Positions 19,169 through 29,463 of a stretch of DNA of 64,000 nucleotides are shown here, piece after piece; the first letter of the stretch is position 1, and each line of letters opens with the position of its first letter. The translations under genes and the position numbers were made by a program. The notes below the pieces were generated by a model that saw nothing but the letters and a program-made list of their open reading frames with translations, searched no databases and was not told where the DNA came from. Source of the DNA: Nitrososphaerota archaeon (GTDB lineage: Archaea; Thermoproteota; Nitrososphaeria; Nitrososphaerales; Nitrosopumilaceae); contig JAGWFT010000001.1 in the NCBI GenBank assembly GCA_028867755.1, positions 516,727 through 580,726 on the forward strand. The letters run 5' to 3'.

Positions 19169-20001
19169 GAAAAAATTATCGATGCATATCCTACCACTGA
19201 GTTTTTCTCACCTGTTACATCTCCACTGGTCGCATACTTTACCAGCGTGCCCTTAGTGGCACCTAGTTCTTTGCAGGCTATGATGGTAGAAGCTATCGCT
19301 CCATATCCGCATGCACTCACTTGATTTTTTTGTAGAATTCTATAAAATTCATCAGTATTCATTCCCAATATGGGCTCGATCAAAGATTTATCTTGTTTGT
19401 ATGCAAATTCATTTTCTTCATAATGCGTAAAATCAGAGGAACCAACTATTACAGTTTTTTTATCTTTGGATATCTTTGATACTGCCATACCAATTTCTTT
19501 TGCTGCATCATGACTTTGATTTATCAGAATTATGGGAAGTATCTTAAATTTATGAGAATAGATTTCTTGTAGCATTGGAACTTGCACTTCAAGGCTGTGA
19601 TCTCTTGTATGTGAGAAAAAATCCAGTTCTATATTCTTTGATATCTTGTTAATCTCAATAGCTGTGTGGGTATCAACCTCAACATCTCCAAGCGGGGTTC
19701 TCCACAATCCATCTTTCATTGCAGCTATGTCGCAACCTATTCCCCAGTGATTTGGCCCTATGATTATCACAAGATCTGGTCTTAGTGAAGAGATTGCATA
19801 ATAAGAATTTGCAGCAATTGGACCAGAATACATGTATCCGGCATGAGGTACAATGACTCCAATTATGTTTTCATCATTTGTTGAAGGGGGTAATTTTCCA
19901 GGACCAAAATTGTGCAGGAAACACTCTCTGATATTTGATCTTAATTCTTGTTGTGCTTTTGGATAGAACATTCCAGCTACAGCTGGTGTTCTTATCTGCA
20001 T
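19165..20001 (-). CDS. MEMO1/AmmeMemoRadiSam protein B
   Basis: PAVAGMFYP, PHAGYMYSG, GPNH, DHSLEVQ, SSDFTHY, VVGY. Confidence 0.92.
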   Translation of the reverse strand: MQIRTPAVAGMFYPKAQQELRSNIRECFLHNFGPGKLPPSTNDENIIGVIVPHAGYMYSGPIAANSYYAISSLRPDLVIIIGPNHWGIGCDIAAMKDGLWRTPLGDVEVDTHTAIEINKISKNIELDFFSHTRDHSLEVQVPMLQEIYSHKFKILPIILINQSHDAAKEIGMAVSKISKDKKTVIVGSSDFTHYEENEFAYKQDKSLIEPILGMNTDEFYRILQKNQVSACGYGAIASTIIACKELGATKGTLVKYATSGDVTGEKNSVVGYASIIFS

Positions 20002-20005
20002 TGTA

Positions 20006-20677
20006 TTATTGCCTCTGATTTCTCATTCTCAAAGGCGGAATTCTCTCGGATTCTTCTTCTAATTCTTCCTCGGTTATTTTAGTTTCAAAGTCATCTATTT
20101 GATATTTCATTGATTCATCAGTTTTTAGATCTCCTTTTTGCAATAGTATCTCTCTAGCTAATAACCAATAGATTGCAGCAAGAGACTTTCTACCTCTGTT
20201 GTTTGCAGGTAGGACTAAATCCACCTTGGATGTGACATTGTCCGTATTTGCAATTGCGATAACTGGTATGCCGGCATTTGTAGCTTCCAAAACTGCTTGT
20301 TCATCTACTTGAGGATCTGATACTAAAACTAACTCTGGCTCAATGTAATATGGCAAAAGAGGATTTGTTAAAGTGCCAGGCATAAATCTTCCAAGCATGG
20401 GGGTAGCACCTGTTAGTTCACAAAATTTTTCAATTGGTGTGCTTGCATATTCCCTTCCTGAACAAATGAATACTTTTGAGATATTTGCTCTATTGATAAA
20501 TTTAGCAGCTGTTTGAATACGAGATAATGTTTTCTTACTATCTATAATGTAAAGACCCTCGTTTGTTGCCTTTGTAATAAAAGGTATCATGAATTTTGTT
20601 TTTACTTGAGTACCTACTCTTATTCCTGTAGACAAGACATACTTTTCCATGTGTTCGAATTCTTCTTGCTTGCTCAT
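20006..20677 (-). CDS. rps2p: 30S ribosomal protein S2 (uS2)
   Basis: GRFMPGTLTNP, EPELVLV, NNRGRKSL. Confidence 0.96.
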   Translation of the reverse strand: MSKQEEFEHMEKYVLSTGIRVGTQVKTKFMIPFITKATNEGLYIIDSKKTLSRIQTAAKFINRANISKVFICSGREYASTPIEKFCELTGATPMLGRFMPGTLTNPLLPYYIEPELVLVSDPQVDEQAVLEATNAGIPVIAIANTDNVTSKVDLVLPANNRGRKSLAAIYWLLAREILLQKGDLKTDESMKYQIDDFETKITEEELEEESERIPPLRMRNQRQ

Positions 20678-20686
20678 GACGTGTTC

Positions 20687-21925
20687 TTAAATCTCGGCCA
20701 TTCCACGTATTAAATCATACTCTGAGATACGCAGTAACTCATTTAGTTTAGCTATTCTTTCTCCGCCTACTACACCTATCTTTAACATCTTAGATTTTGT
20801 AGCAATTCCAATATGTGATATGTGAGAATCAGAAGATTCCCCAGATCGATGAGATGTGATTAATTTTATATTGTTCTTGGATGCTTCCTTTGCAAATTCA
20901 ATAGCATCATAAAGACTTCCTGCTTGATTTACCTTTAAAATAGCTGCATTACACGCTTTTTTCTTTACTGCATTCTTTAAAATCTCAGTATTTGTTACTA
21001 AAAGATCGTCTCCAACTATCAAGACTTTTGGAAATCTTTCTGTCAAGATAGACATCTCATCAAAAGCCTCTTCATGAACAGCATCTTCAGCATAAGCTAG
21101 TTTGTATTTCTTTATTATTTCAGAAACAAAATCAATTTGTTCTTCTGGTGTATTCTCAAAGCCTGCTCGATTATAGACATATTTCTTCCTACTTTCGTTC
21201 CATTGTGTAGTTGAAGCAAAATCAACTCCTAATGAGACCTCTTTTCCTAATGTAAATCCTAATTGCTCGCAGGCTTTGGCAGAGAGTTCCAAAGCTTCAT
21301 CATTATCAAGTTTTGGAGCCCATCCACCCTCGTCACCTCTACCATTTGTGAACCCTGTATCTTTTTTTGCTAGTATTTTCCCAAGTTCTTTATGTACTGC
21401 AAAATTAACTTCAATGGCATCTCTTATTGTTTTTGAGCCAGTAGCACAAACCAATATTTCTTGAATGTCTGGTGTACCAGGACCTGCATGAGCCCCTCCT
21501 CCTAAAATATTGCCTAGAGGAAAAGGAAATCTAAGATCAGAATCTTTGGTTAATAATTTGAATATTGGAATTCCTTCTGATTTTGATGCGGCATCTATTG
21601 ATGCTATGGTAAGAGAAAATGCAACTGAGCCTCCAATTTTTGAATAATTGGGAGTTGAATCTATTGTTCTTAATGTTTCATGAATAGATTTTAAATTGGA
21701 AGGATCAAGACCAATAAACTTTTTCTCATTTGTCTTTAAGATCTCAAGACTTTTCTCAGGTTTGTTATCTGGAAAACTCATTGCTTCATGCTTTCCTACG
21801 CTTGCACCAGATGATGCACAAACTCTTCCTATGTGTTTGGTGTCAGTAATGACATCTATTTCAATTGTCTTGCTTCCTCTGCTGTTGTAGAGTAATCTCC
21901 CCTTTAATGATGTAATCCGTGCCAT
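20687..21925 (-). CDS. eno: enolase
   Basis: SGASVG, GDEGG, GVDFAS, AED, GDDL, LKVNQ, SHRSGE, ERIAKLN. Confidence 0.93.
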   Translation of the reverse strand: MARITSLKGRLLYNSRGSKTIEIDVITDTKHIGRVCASSGASVGKHEAMSFPDNKPEKSLEILKTNEKKFIGLDPSNLKSIHETLRTIDSTPNYSKIGGSVAFSLTIASIDAASKSEGIPIFKLLTKDSDLRFPFPLGNILGGGAHAGPGTPDIQEILVCATGSKTIRDAIEVNFAVHKELGKILAKKDTGFTNGRGDEGGWAPKLDNDEALELSAKACEQLGFTLGKEVSLGVDFASTTQWNESRKKYVYNRAGFENTPEEQIDFVSEIIKKYKLAYAEDAVHEEAFDEMSILTERFPKVLIVGDDLLVTNTEILKNAVKKKACNAAILKVNQAGSLYDAIEFAKEASKNNIKLITSHRSGESSDSHISHIGIATKSKMLKIGVVGGERIAKLNELLRISEYDLIRGMAEI

Positions 21926-21926
21926 T

Positions 21927-22163
21927 CTATTCTAGCTCGGATTGAACTTCTTGCTCCCTTCTCCTTATTGCTTCGTAAAATGGAATGACCTGATGAATTG
22001 TTTCCACAGCTGTTAACATCATAGCTCTACAACAATATCGCTTCAATCCAAAAGAGTTTAGAACCTTAGCTGGATCTTCTCCACTTTTTACACGATTCTG
22101 ATACTCTTTAAATTTATCAGCAATTAGATTTCCACAAGTAAAACACCTGACAGGAATCAGCAC
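21927..22163 (-). CDS. rpoN: RNA polymerase subunit N (Rpo10)
   Basis: IPVRCFTCG...RYCCR. Confidence 0.96.
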   Translation of the reverse strand: MLIPVRCFTCGNLIADKFKEYQNRVKSGEDPAKVLNSFGLKRYCCRAMMLTAVETIHQVIPFYEAIRRREQEVQSELE

Positions 22164-22215
22164 ATTTTCAAAAAGTAATCAAGGCTTATAAAAACCATAC
22201 ATGGGTATTGCATCT

Positions 22216-22300
22216 GCGGGAGTCGCCCAGCCTGGTCAAAGGCGCTAGCTTGAGGGGCTAGTATCTTAGGATTTCGAGGGTTCAAATCCCTTCTCCCGCA
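22216..22300 (+). tRNA. tRNA-Leu(GAG)
   Basis: GCGGGAG/CTCCCGC acceptor, CTAGC-TTGAGGG-GCTAG anticodon arm, long variable arm, TTCAAAT T-loop. Confidence 0.96.
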
Positions 22301-22431
22301 CTTGATAATTGTGTTGTAAAAAATTATTCCGTTTGATAAAATCATGCCCTAGAATGGTATTCTGATATTGGTTATGTGCAATAAGTTGTAATTTGGTAAA
22401 GCCCTTATTTAACATAAATTTCTGAAACTAT

Positions 22432-23082
22432 GTGGAAATTACAGTAAAACAAATGATGCAAATTGAGGAAAATGGCCACCAGATGGGATTTCCTAGAAAA
22501 TTAATGATGGAAAATGCTGGAGCATCAACAGCAAGATATTTGCTTGAAAAATATGAAAACTTACAGGAAAAGAAAATAGTTGTATTTTCAGGATTGGGAA
22601 ATAATGGTGGAGACTCATTTGTGATTGCAAGACATCTTGCAGGATTTGGGTGTGATACAGATGTTATCTTACTTGGAAATCCAAATAAAATAAAAACTGA
22701 AGAATCAAACTCCAACTGGAAAGTTCTAGAAAGAATGAATTCAGTAAATCTCATGATTGTCTCTGATCCAACTCAGATTATTCTTAATGCAGACATAATT
22801 GTTGATGGTATTTTGGGAACTGGAATCTCAGGTAAAATAAAGGAGCCTTATGCTACCGCAATAGATCTGATAAACAAATCTCAAGCTTTCAAGCTTGCAG
22901 TAGACATACCCTCTGGGCTAGATCCTGATTTAGGTTCTGTGATAGATAAATGTGTAAAAGCCGATGTGACAATTACATATCATAAAATGAAGGTTGGAAT
23001 GCCTAAAAGACTAGATATGTGTGGAAAAATAATAGTTGAGAAAATAGGTATTCCGTTAGAAGCTGAAGTGGGTGTATTATGA
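22432..23082 (+). CDS. nnrE: NAD(P)H-hydrate epimerase (YjeF-N)
   Basis: LMMENAG, GLGNNGGD, VDGILGTG, AVDIPSG. Confidence 0.93.
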   Translation: MEITVKQMMQIEENGHQMGFPRKLMMENAGASTARYLLEKYENLQEKKIVVFSGLGNNGGDSFVIARHLAGFGCDTDVILLGNPNKIKTEESNSNWKVLERMNSVNLMIVSDPTQIILNADIIVDGILGTGISGKIKEPYATAIDLINKSQAFKLAVDIPSGLDPDLGSVIDKCVKADVTITYHKMKVGMPKRLDMCGKIIVEKIGIPLEAEVGVL

Positions 23083-23693
23083 AAGTACATCAGCTTGAGG
23101 TAGGCGGTATGCAAAATTTTACTTATGTGATTGAGGATGAACAAACAAACGAAGCCATCATCGTTGATCCTTCATGGGATCTAGATCTAGTATTAGAGGT
23201 AATTGAGAAGAACAGTCTGCAAGTAAAATATGTCATAAACACTCATCATCATTTTGATCATACTATAGGTAATGATGCAATAGTGAGAAAAACTGGAGCA
23301 AAGATCTTACAACATAAATCTTCTACCCTAAAAAATGATATGACTGTATCTGAAGGTGACAAGATCAGATTCGGACACTCTGAACTTACTGTTATTCATA
23401 CGCCAGGACATTCAAAAGACAGCATGTGTCTTGTTGGAGACGGAAAGATCTTTTCTGGAGATACTCTATTTGTGGGAAACTGCGGTAGAATAGATCTTCC
23501 CGGAGGCAGTGCCAAAGAGCTTTATCATAGCTTATTTGACGTGGTCTGCAAGATGGATGAAGGTTTGGTTCTTTACCCAGGACATAATTATGGCAGCTCC
23601 ACAACATCAACAATAGGAAGAGAAAAGAAAACTAACTTTGTACTTCAACCTCGTACTGAAAAAGAATTTTTAGAATTCATGAGCAGTGACTAA
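23079..23693 (+). CDS. MBL-fold hydrolase (glyoxalase II/ETHE1-like)
   Basis: THHHFDH, HTPGHS, SGDTLF.GNCGR, YPGH. Confidence 0.9.
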   Translation: MKVHQLEVGGMQNFTYVIEDEQTNEAIIVDPSWDLDLVLEVIEKNSLQVKYVINTHHHFDHTIGNDAIVRKTGAKILQHKSSTLKNDMTVSEGDKIRFGHSELTVIHTPGHSKDSMCLVGDGKIFSGDTLFVGNCGRIDLPGGSAKELYHSLFDVVCKMDEGLVLYPGHNYGSSTTSTIGREKKTNFVLQPRTEKEFLEFMSSD

Positions 23694-23696
23694 TTT

Positions 23697-24752
23697 TTGC
23701 AAGATATTGAGATATTAGGAAATAGAAAAAAAGGCCTAGATTTTATTGATAAAACAAAACAAAAGAGTTTTGTCTTTTCCTTAGTGATATCCTATACAGA
23801 AACTTCAGAAGTTCAAGGTATCACAGTTGCTGGCGAACATCCTGATCTGATAAAATATACCGGACCTGCAGATGCCGAGTTCATCCATTACGGACATTGC
23901 AAAAGCATATCTGTCATACCTATGACTCCTGATGGAAAACCTACACCAGCTCTTCTAACAAAAACAGCTTTAGAAGCAGCAAGTATACCAAGCATAACAA
24001 TTAATGCTGGAAGTAAAATTCCTCCAAAACTTCCATTCATAGATATGAACTTAGAATATGGGAAAAATATCTCAAGAGAGGCTGCACTAAGTCAAGAAGA
24101 AATAAGAAAGGCAGTTGAATATGGAAGAATAATAGGTAGATTTCTTGGCGCTTCAACTGACTGTCTAGTAGTTGGAGAAAGCATTCCAGGAGGCACTACA
24201 ACAGCTCTTGGAATACTTGAGGGATTTGGTCTAAAGGCACAGGTAAGTAGTAGTATGCCTACTAATCCTACTCATCTTAAAATTGATATTGTAAAAAATG
24301 CTCTAAAAAGAGTGCAATCAAGCGATCCTTTTGATATTGTTGCACAAGTTGGTGATCCTATGATACCTACAGTTGCTGGAATACTTAGTACTTCATCTGA
24401 AATTACAAGGGTACTATTAGCAGGGGGAACACAAATGGCAGCAGTCTTATGTTTTGCTAAGAGTATAGGTTTTGTCGGTAAAAACACTGCAATAGGTACT
24501 ACGTCATATGTCGTAGATGACAAGTCTGCAAATTTAGTTGAAACAGTTGAGAAAATATTTGACATTCCAATACTAGTTGCTAAACTCAAATTAGGTCAAT
24601 CGAAGATTTCTGGTCTTCGTTCTTATGCTGACGGTTTTGTTAAAGAAGGTGCTGGTGCAGGAGGGGCTTCTATAGCGTGTATGTTAAAAACTGGAATAGA
24701 TGCAGAAAAATTACTCTTTCTTACAGAAAAAGAATATCGGAGAATTACTTGA
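23697..24752 (+). CDS. cobT: archaeal nicotinate mononucleotide-dependent phosphoribosyltransferase CobT (cobalamin lower ligand)
   Basis: YTGPADAE, GKPTPA, GESIPGGTTTA, LAGGTQM, VKEGAGAGG. Confidence 0.88.
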   Translation: MQDIEILGNRKKGLDFIDKTKQKSFVFSLVISYTETSEVQGITVAGEHPDLIKYTGPADAEFIHYGHCKSISVIPMTPDGKPTPALLTKTALEAASIPSITINAGSKIPPKLPFIDMNLEYGKNISREAALSQEEIRKAVEYGRIIGRFLGASTDCLVVGESIPGGTTTALGILEGFGLKAQVSSSMPTNPTHLKIDIVKNALKRVQSSDPFDIVAQVGDPMIPTVAGILSTSSEITRVLLAGGTQMAAVLCFAKSIGFVGKNTAIGTTSYVVDDKSANLVETVEKIFDIPILVAKLKLGQSKISGLRSYADGFVKEGAGAGGASIACMLKTGIDAEKLLFLTEKEYRRIT

Positions 24753-26505
24753 CTGTTACAGATTTTGCCAAGTTTCTTGGATAATCAGGATCCGTATCTT
24801 TTTCGACAGCAGCATAATATGCTAAAAGTTGGACAGGTATTATCTCGATTAATGGATATGTGGATTCATCTATTTGTGGTATCTCTACCCAATAATCGTA
24901 AACATCACTAGGTTTGTCTGAAATTCCAATAACCTTTGCTCCTCTAGCCTTTATTTCACGTGCGCTAGTTAACGTTTCAGAATAGGTAGAATCATTTGGA
25001 TTGATCATAATGACATATGTATTAGAATCCATTAAGGCAAGAGGGCCGTGTTTTAGTTCTCCACCAGGAAGACCTTCTGCATGTATGTATGTAAGTTCTT
25101 TTAACTTTAACGAGGCTTCTAATGCTATTGGATAATGAATTCCTCTCCCAAGTACGTATATGTCAGAAACATCTTTGAGCTTCTTTGCTATGTCCTTAAT
25201 CTTAGAATCATTGGAAAGAATCTTCTTGATTTCCTCTGACACTTTAGTAAAATCTACACCTATGCTACCTCCGCATATTTTATCGACTATTTTGTATAGT
25301 ATTGCAAGTTGTGCAGTGAAACTCTTTGTAGCTGCTACTCCTATCTCTGGACCACAGCCCAAGCCTATGGATATTGATGATAATTGAACCAGAGATGACG
25401 TCATTATATTTACAACTGAGATAATTTTGGATCCAGCTTTCTTTGCAATATTAACAGCCTCCAATACATCTGCACTCTCTCCACTTTGTGATAATGCTAT
25501 CAAGGTAGATTGTTGCTCAAAAATGTCAGGAGAAAAGCTTACCTCGCTTGATATTATTGATTCAATCTTGATCTTTGCATATTTTGAAAAAAGGAATTTA
25601 GCTACAAGTGCCGCATTATAGCTTGTCCCACTTCCAGTTATGTAAAGTGTTTTTGCATGTCGAATAAAATCGGTTGCTAAATCAAGCTCCAGCTTCGTAT
25701 TATTTCCAGCGTTTAGTGTTGTAGTCGGTTGTTCTGATATTTCTTTGAGAGTGAAATGAGCATATTCTCCCCTGTACACATCAGCAAATTCCTTTGATAC
25801 CTTGGTAATTTGATGTTGCACTGGATTTGTATCAAAATCAAAGATTTTAATTCCCGATGAATTGATAATTACAAATTCTTTATTATCTAAGTAAATCACT
25901 TCGTCTGTATGTTCTACAAATCCTAACACGTCGCTAGAAATGAAGTATCCTTCCTTTCCAATTCCTATTATGAGTGGTTCATGAAATCTTGCTGCAGATA
26001 ATGTCCCATCTTTAAAGACAGCAACAAAAGCATAACTTCCTTTAAGCTCAGAAAGTGTGTGTGCCATTGATTGTTTTGTATCTCTAGTTTTATCATAATG
26101 ATGTTGAAGAAGATTTGCAATTACCTCGCTGTCTGTTTGACTTTTGAAAGTGTAACCTTTTTGTTGAAGATCTTTTTTTAATTCCTCGTAATTTTCTATT
26201 ATGCCATTATGAACAATAGCTATTTCTCCAGTGCTAGATGGATGAGGATGAGCATTTGTGTCAGTAACTATTCCATGTGTGGCCCATCTCGTATGTCCTA
26301 TTCCTACAGTTCCAGAAAGTTCGTCAAGTCTTACGGTCTTATTTACTTCTATTACTTTCCCCACACCTTTTCTTACTAGTATATGATCGTTAGAAAATGT
26401 AGCAACCCCGACACTATCATAACCACGATATTCCATTCTCTTTAATCCTTTGACTATTATTGGGGCAGCCTGATTCAGACCTAGATAGCCTATAATTGAA
26501 CACAT
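24745..26505 (-). CDS. glmS: glutamine-fructose-6-phosphate aminotransferase
   Basis: N-terminal MCSIIG, EYRGYDS, GHTRWATHG, SQSGE, ELKHGP, PRNLAKSVTV. Confidence 0.97.
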   Translation of the reverse strand: MCSIIGYLGLNQAAPIIVKGLKRMEYRGYDSVGVATFSNDHILVRKGVGKVIEVNKTVRLDELSGTVGIGHTRWATHGIVTDTNAHPHPSSTGEIAIVHNGIIENYEELKKDLQQKGYTFKSQTDSEVIANLLQHHYDKTRDTKQSMAHTLSELKGSYAFVAVFKDGTLSAARFHEPLIIGIGKEGYFISSDVLGFVEHTDEVIYLDNKEFVIINSSGIKIFDFDTNPVQHQITKVSKEFADVYRGEYAHFTLKEISEQPTTTLNAGNNTKLELDLATDFIRHAKTLYITGSGTSYNAALVAKFLFSKYAKIKIESIISSEVSFSPDIFEQQSTLIALSQSGESADVLEAVNIAKKAGSKIISVVNIMTSSLVQLSSISIGLGCGPEIGVAATKSFTAQLAILYKIVDKICGGSIGVDFTKVSEEIKKILSNDSKIKDIAKKLKDVSDIYVLGRGIHYPIALEASLKLKELTYIHAEGLPGGELKHGPLALMDSNTYVIMINPNDSTYSETLTSAREIKARGAKVIGISDKPSDVYDYWVEIPQIDESTYPLIEIIPVQLLAYYAAVEKDTDPDYPRNLAKSVTVK

Positions 26506-26551
26506 ATTGTTATTTTATGTTACTTCTAGATAGATAATAATTGTGTATATG

Positions 26552-27094
26552 CTACTCAGTTTGTTGTTCTATTTTTACTTCTTCAGCAGGTGGTTGTTGT
26601 TTAGCTTTGCCTAGATCTATATCTGGAGACAAACGTACTTGATTTTCTTCTTCCACGGTAACAGTGTATGACGGAATGTTCACTGTCCTTTCTCCTATCA
26701 TAACATGTCCATGTACGACAGCTTGTCTTGCAAGATATGGGCTCTTGATGTTTGCTTTTTTCTGAATTACTGTTTGTAGCCTGCGTGACAACAAATCGGT
26801 TACTTTTAGATTTAAGACATCATCTAAGGTGGAATCGTCTTTTACCAATCCTACTCTTGTCAGTGATCTCATGAGTGTTGGTTCTTTTTTATTTCTTACA
26901 TCTTGTGTTAAGGCCAAAATAGATCTTGCCTGATTTCTTATTCTGGAAAGTTCTGTGTGTGCTTTCCAAAGTTCTCTCTTGTTCTTAAGTCCATAAGTGC
27001 CAAGAACGTATAGCTCCTCACTCAATAAATCATAATTTAGAGGTCGTTTTGGTTTTCTCCACATTTTACGAGAATTTTTTGGATGATCTCCCAT
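26552..27094 (-). CDS. rps4p: 30S ribosomal protein S4 (uS4)
   Basis: MGDHPK, YGLKNKRELW, RRLQT, ARQAVVHGHV. Confidence 0.96.
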   Translation of the reverse strand: MGDHPKNSRKMWRKPKRPLNYDLLSEELYVLGTYGLKNKRELWKAHTELSRIRNQARSILALTQDVRNKKEPTLMRSLTRVGLVKDDSTLDDVLNLKVTDLLSRRLQTVIQKKANIKSPYLARQAVVHGHVMIGERTVNIPSYTVTVEEENQVRLSPDIDLGKAKQQPPAEEVKIEQQTE

Positions 27095-27103
27095 ATGTTA
27101 CAC

Positions 27104-27742
27104 CTACTTGGCCTTCTTTTCTGCGGCTGGTTTAGCTGCAGCAGGTTTTGTGTCTTTTGCAGCAGCTGCAGATCCCTTTGCAGCAGCTGCAGGAGCTGCT
27201 GTAGTGCCACTAGCAGGAGCAGCTGCAGGAGCTGCTGTAGTGCCACTAGCAGGAGCAGCTGCACCTTCAACTGGTGCACCGGCTGGCAATACTTTGCCAC
27301 CTTTGCGAACTCCTACGGCACCACCTTTTCTTCCAGTAGTACGAGTTCTCTGACCTCTTACCTTTAATCCATAAGTATGACGAAATCCTCTCCAACTATT
27401 CATTCCTTTTTCTCTTTCAATATCATTTCTAACATTGAAGTCAATATCTGAAGTAATCAAATGTATATTGCTACCTGTGTCCATATCTTTTCTTCTGTTA
27501 AGAAACCACGGAGGTATATTTACTGATGATGGGTTTTTCATCGCCTTTTCTATCTCTTCTACCTGAGACTCGGTGAGAAAACCTACGTTACTGTTGGGGT
27601 TTATTTTTAATATATCTAGAATAGATTTTGCAAAATTGTAACCAATTCCTTTTATTTGGCTTATGCCTATTATTGTCTTTTTAGTACCGTGTATATCTTT
27701 ACCTGCAATCCTAACTATGTGTCTAAATTCTTGTGAAGACAA
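27104..27742 (-). CDS. rps13p: 30S ribosomal protein S13 (uS13) with Ala/Pro/Lys-rich C-terminal tail
   Basis: [38 protein letters not shown]. Confidence 0.96.
   Translation of the reverse strand: MSSQEFRHIVRIAGKDIHGTKKTIIGISQIKGIGYNFAKSILDILKINPNSNVGFLTESQVEEIEKAMKNPSSVNIPPWFLNRRKDMDTGSNIHLITSDIDFNVRNDIEREKGMNSWRGFRHTYGLKVRGQRTRTTGRKGGAVGVRKGGKVLPAGAPVEGAAAPASGTTAAPAAAPASGTTAAPAAAAKGSAAAAKDTKPAAAKPAAEKKAK
27183..27263. repeat. perfect 36-bp tandem repeat (2.25 copies) in the rps13 tail
   Basis: GCAGCTGCAGGAGCTGCTGTAGTGCCACTAGCAGGA at 27183-27218 and 27219-27254 plus 9 bp; encodes [12 protein letters not shown]. Confidence 0.95.
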
Positions 27743-27827
27743 GTATTGGAAAATCCCCTCTATCCCCGATAAAAACCATACTAAAACAAATAATACTTTA
27801 AATCAGAATTAGATTGTACTTAGCGTA

Positions 27828-29462
27828 TTGACTCAGGATTTTGGAAATCTTGTTAATCAAAGTTACAACTCGGAACCAAAATATACTGAAATAATGGCAG
27901 GTGTTCCAGAGGATTACAAACAGATCAGGACACTTAGAGATCTTCTAGAAATAAATTACAAGATAGTGGGTGCCAAGGAGCAGCTGAGAAGAAACCTAAT
28001 TTCGAAGATCAAAAAAAATGCCATAAAGTATCCCGGCATAATTGGATTTGACAATGATGTCATTCCGTCTCTTGATCGTGCCATTTTATCATCTCATGAT
28101 GTAATATTGGTTGGGCAGATAGGTCAGGCCAAAACAAAGATTGTTCAAACAATTGCAGAAAACCTACTATCGCCACTGCCAGTGATTAGAGGAAGTGTCA
28201 CAAATGATTGTCCAATGGATCTACCTGCTCACGAACTAATTCTCCTGCTACAGGATGGAACAAACACTATGTCAAGTCCCCGGTTTTACATAGATTCTAA
28301 CAGTATGGAAATGATTCGTAACAATAAACTTGAAACACCAATAGAATGGATCCCAGGTAAAGACAGATTCAAGTATGTTCTTGCAACACCAGACATTTCT
28401 GTAAAGGATCTGGTGGGACAGATTGATGCAATGAAAATAATAAAAAAAGGAACAGAATTGTATGAGATTACATCTTATTCTTCAGGTCAGCTAATGCAGG
28501 CAAAACATGGCTTATTTTGCATTGATGAACTTCCTGTCCTTGATACACGAAAGCAAGTATCTCTCCTTTCAGTATTGCAAGAAGGGAGATTCACAACAGG
28601 TGCCTACCCAGTAATTTTTGAACCAAAAACTGTATTTTTTGCTACTGCAAATCCAATAGATTATACTCATGCTGGTAAAATAATTGAGCCCCTCTATGAC
28701 AGATTAAAGAGTCACATACATACACATTATCCAAAAACATTGAATGACGAAATGATAATAGTTGTTCAGGAATCCAAGATCCCAAAATCATTCATTCCTA
28801 TTTTTATGCTCAAAGCATTAGTGAGAATAATACAAAATGCACGTTCAAGTCATGAAATTAATCAAGACAAAGGTGTCAGTGTAAGAACAGGGGTTCATAG
28901 TCTTGAACTGCTAGTTGGTGAGGCAGAAAGAACCAGATCTTTGTCTCACAACATATTGCCAGTACCAAGACCTAGTGATATCTTCTGTATAGAACAATGT
29001 GTAAAGTTTGAACTTGCCGAATTGGATGAGACTGCGGAAAATCGCCAAAAGACACTAAAGAATCTGATCACCATTGCTATGAAGGATACTTCCCTCGAAT
29101 ACATCAATGATGTAGACCAGAATATTCTTGAAATAATAAAAAAGGAATTCATAGGTAAAACCTTTGTAGTTTCCCAAGAAATTTTAGGTTTTAATAGTAT
29201 GTCAACTTCCTATGAAAATCAACTCCAAAATTTCAAGTCTTTGTCAGATTTGGTGGATAAAATTTACCAAAAGATATTGCCAGAACAAAGAGAATTTGTA
29301 AATCAATCTAAAAAATACAATGTGTATCCAGATACATTGGAATTTTCCGAAATGGCACATCACGAACTCAGGGCTGCTATATTAGAATTAATTTTAGATG
29401 GACTTTGTCATGTGGAACCTAAGATTTTGGACAGGAAAGAAGGCGCATATGTTGCAGCGTAA
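27828..29462 (+). CDS. AAA+ ATPase (MoxR/Mg-chelatase-like)
   Basis: Walker A variant GQIGQAKT, Walker B FCIDELP, ATANP, LYDR; TTG start. Confidence 0.8.
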   Translation: MTQDFGNLVNQSYNSEPKYTEIMAGVPEDYKQIRTLRDLLEINYKIVGAKEQLRRNLISKIKKNAIKYPGIIGFDNDVIPSLDRAILSSHDVILVGQIGQAKTKIVQTIAENLLSPLPVIRGSVTNDCPMDLPAHELILLLQDGTNTMSSPRFYIDSNSMEMIRNNKLETPIEWIPGKDRFKYVLATPDISVKDLVGQIDAMKIIKKGTELYEITSYSSGQLMQAKHGLFCIDELPVLDTRKQVSLLSVLQEGRFTTGAYPVIFEPKTVFFATANPIDYTHAGKIIEPLYDRLKSHIHTHYPKTLNDEMIIVVQESKIPKSFIPIFMLKALVRIIQNARSSHEINQDKGVSVRTGVHSLELLVGEAERTRSLSHNILPVPRPSDIFCIEQCVKFELAELDETAENRQKTLKNLITIAMKDTSLEYINDVDQNILEIIKKEFIGKTFVVSQEILGFNSMSTSYENQLQNFKSLSDLVDKIYQKILPEQREFVNQSKKYNVYPDTLEFSEMAHHELRAAILELILDGLCHVEPKILDRKEGAYVAA

Positions 29463-29463
29463 C

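Noticed and set aside
20687-21925. Enolase as a degenerate pseudo-enzyme
   Set aside because: The metal ligands (GVD, AED, GDD) and catalytic Lys, Glu and SHRS motifs are retained.
22157-22345. 62-aa minus-strand ORF
   Set aside because: Antisense to tRNA-Leu.
27037-27367. Overlapping ORFs 27037-27300, 27083-27367 and 27108-27353
   Set aside because: Shadows of the stop-poor GC-rich rps13 tail repeat.
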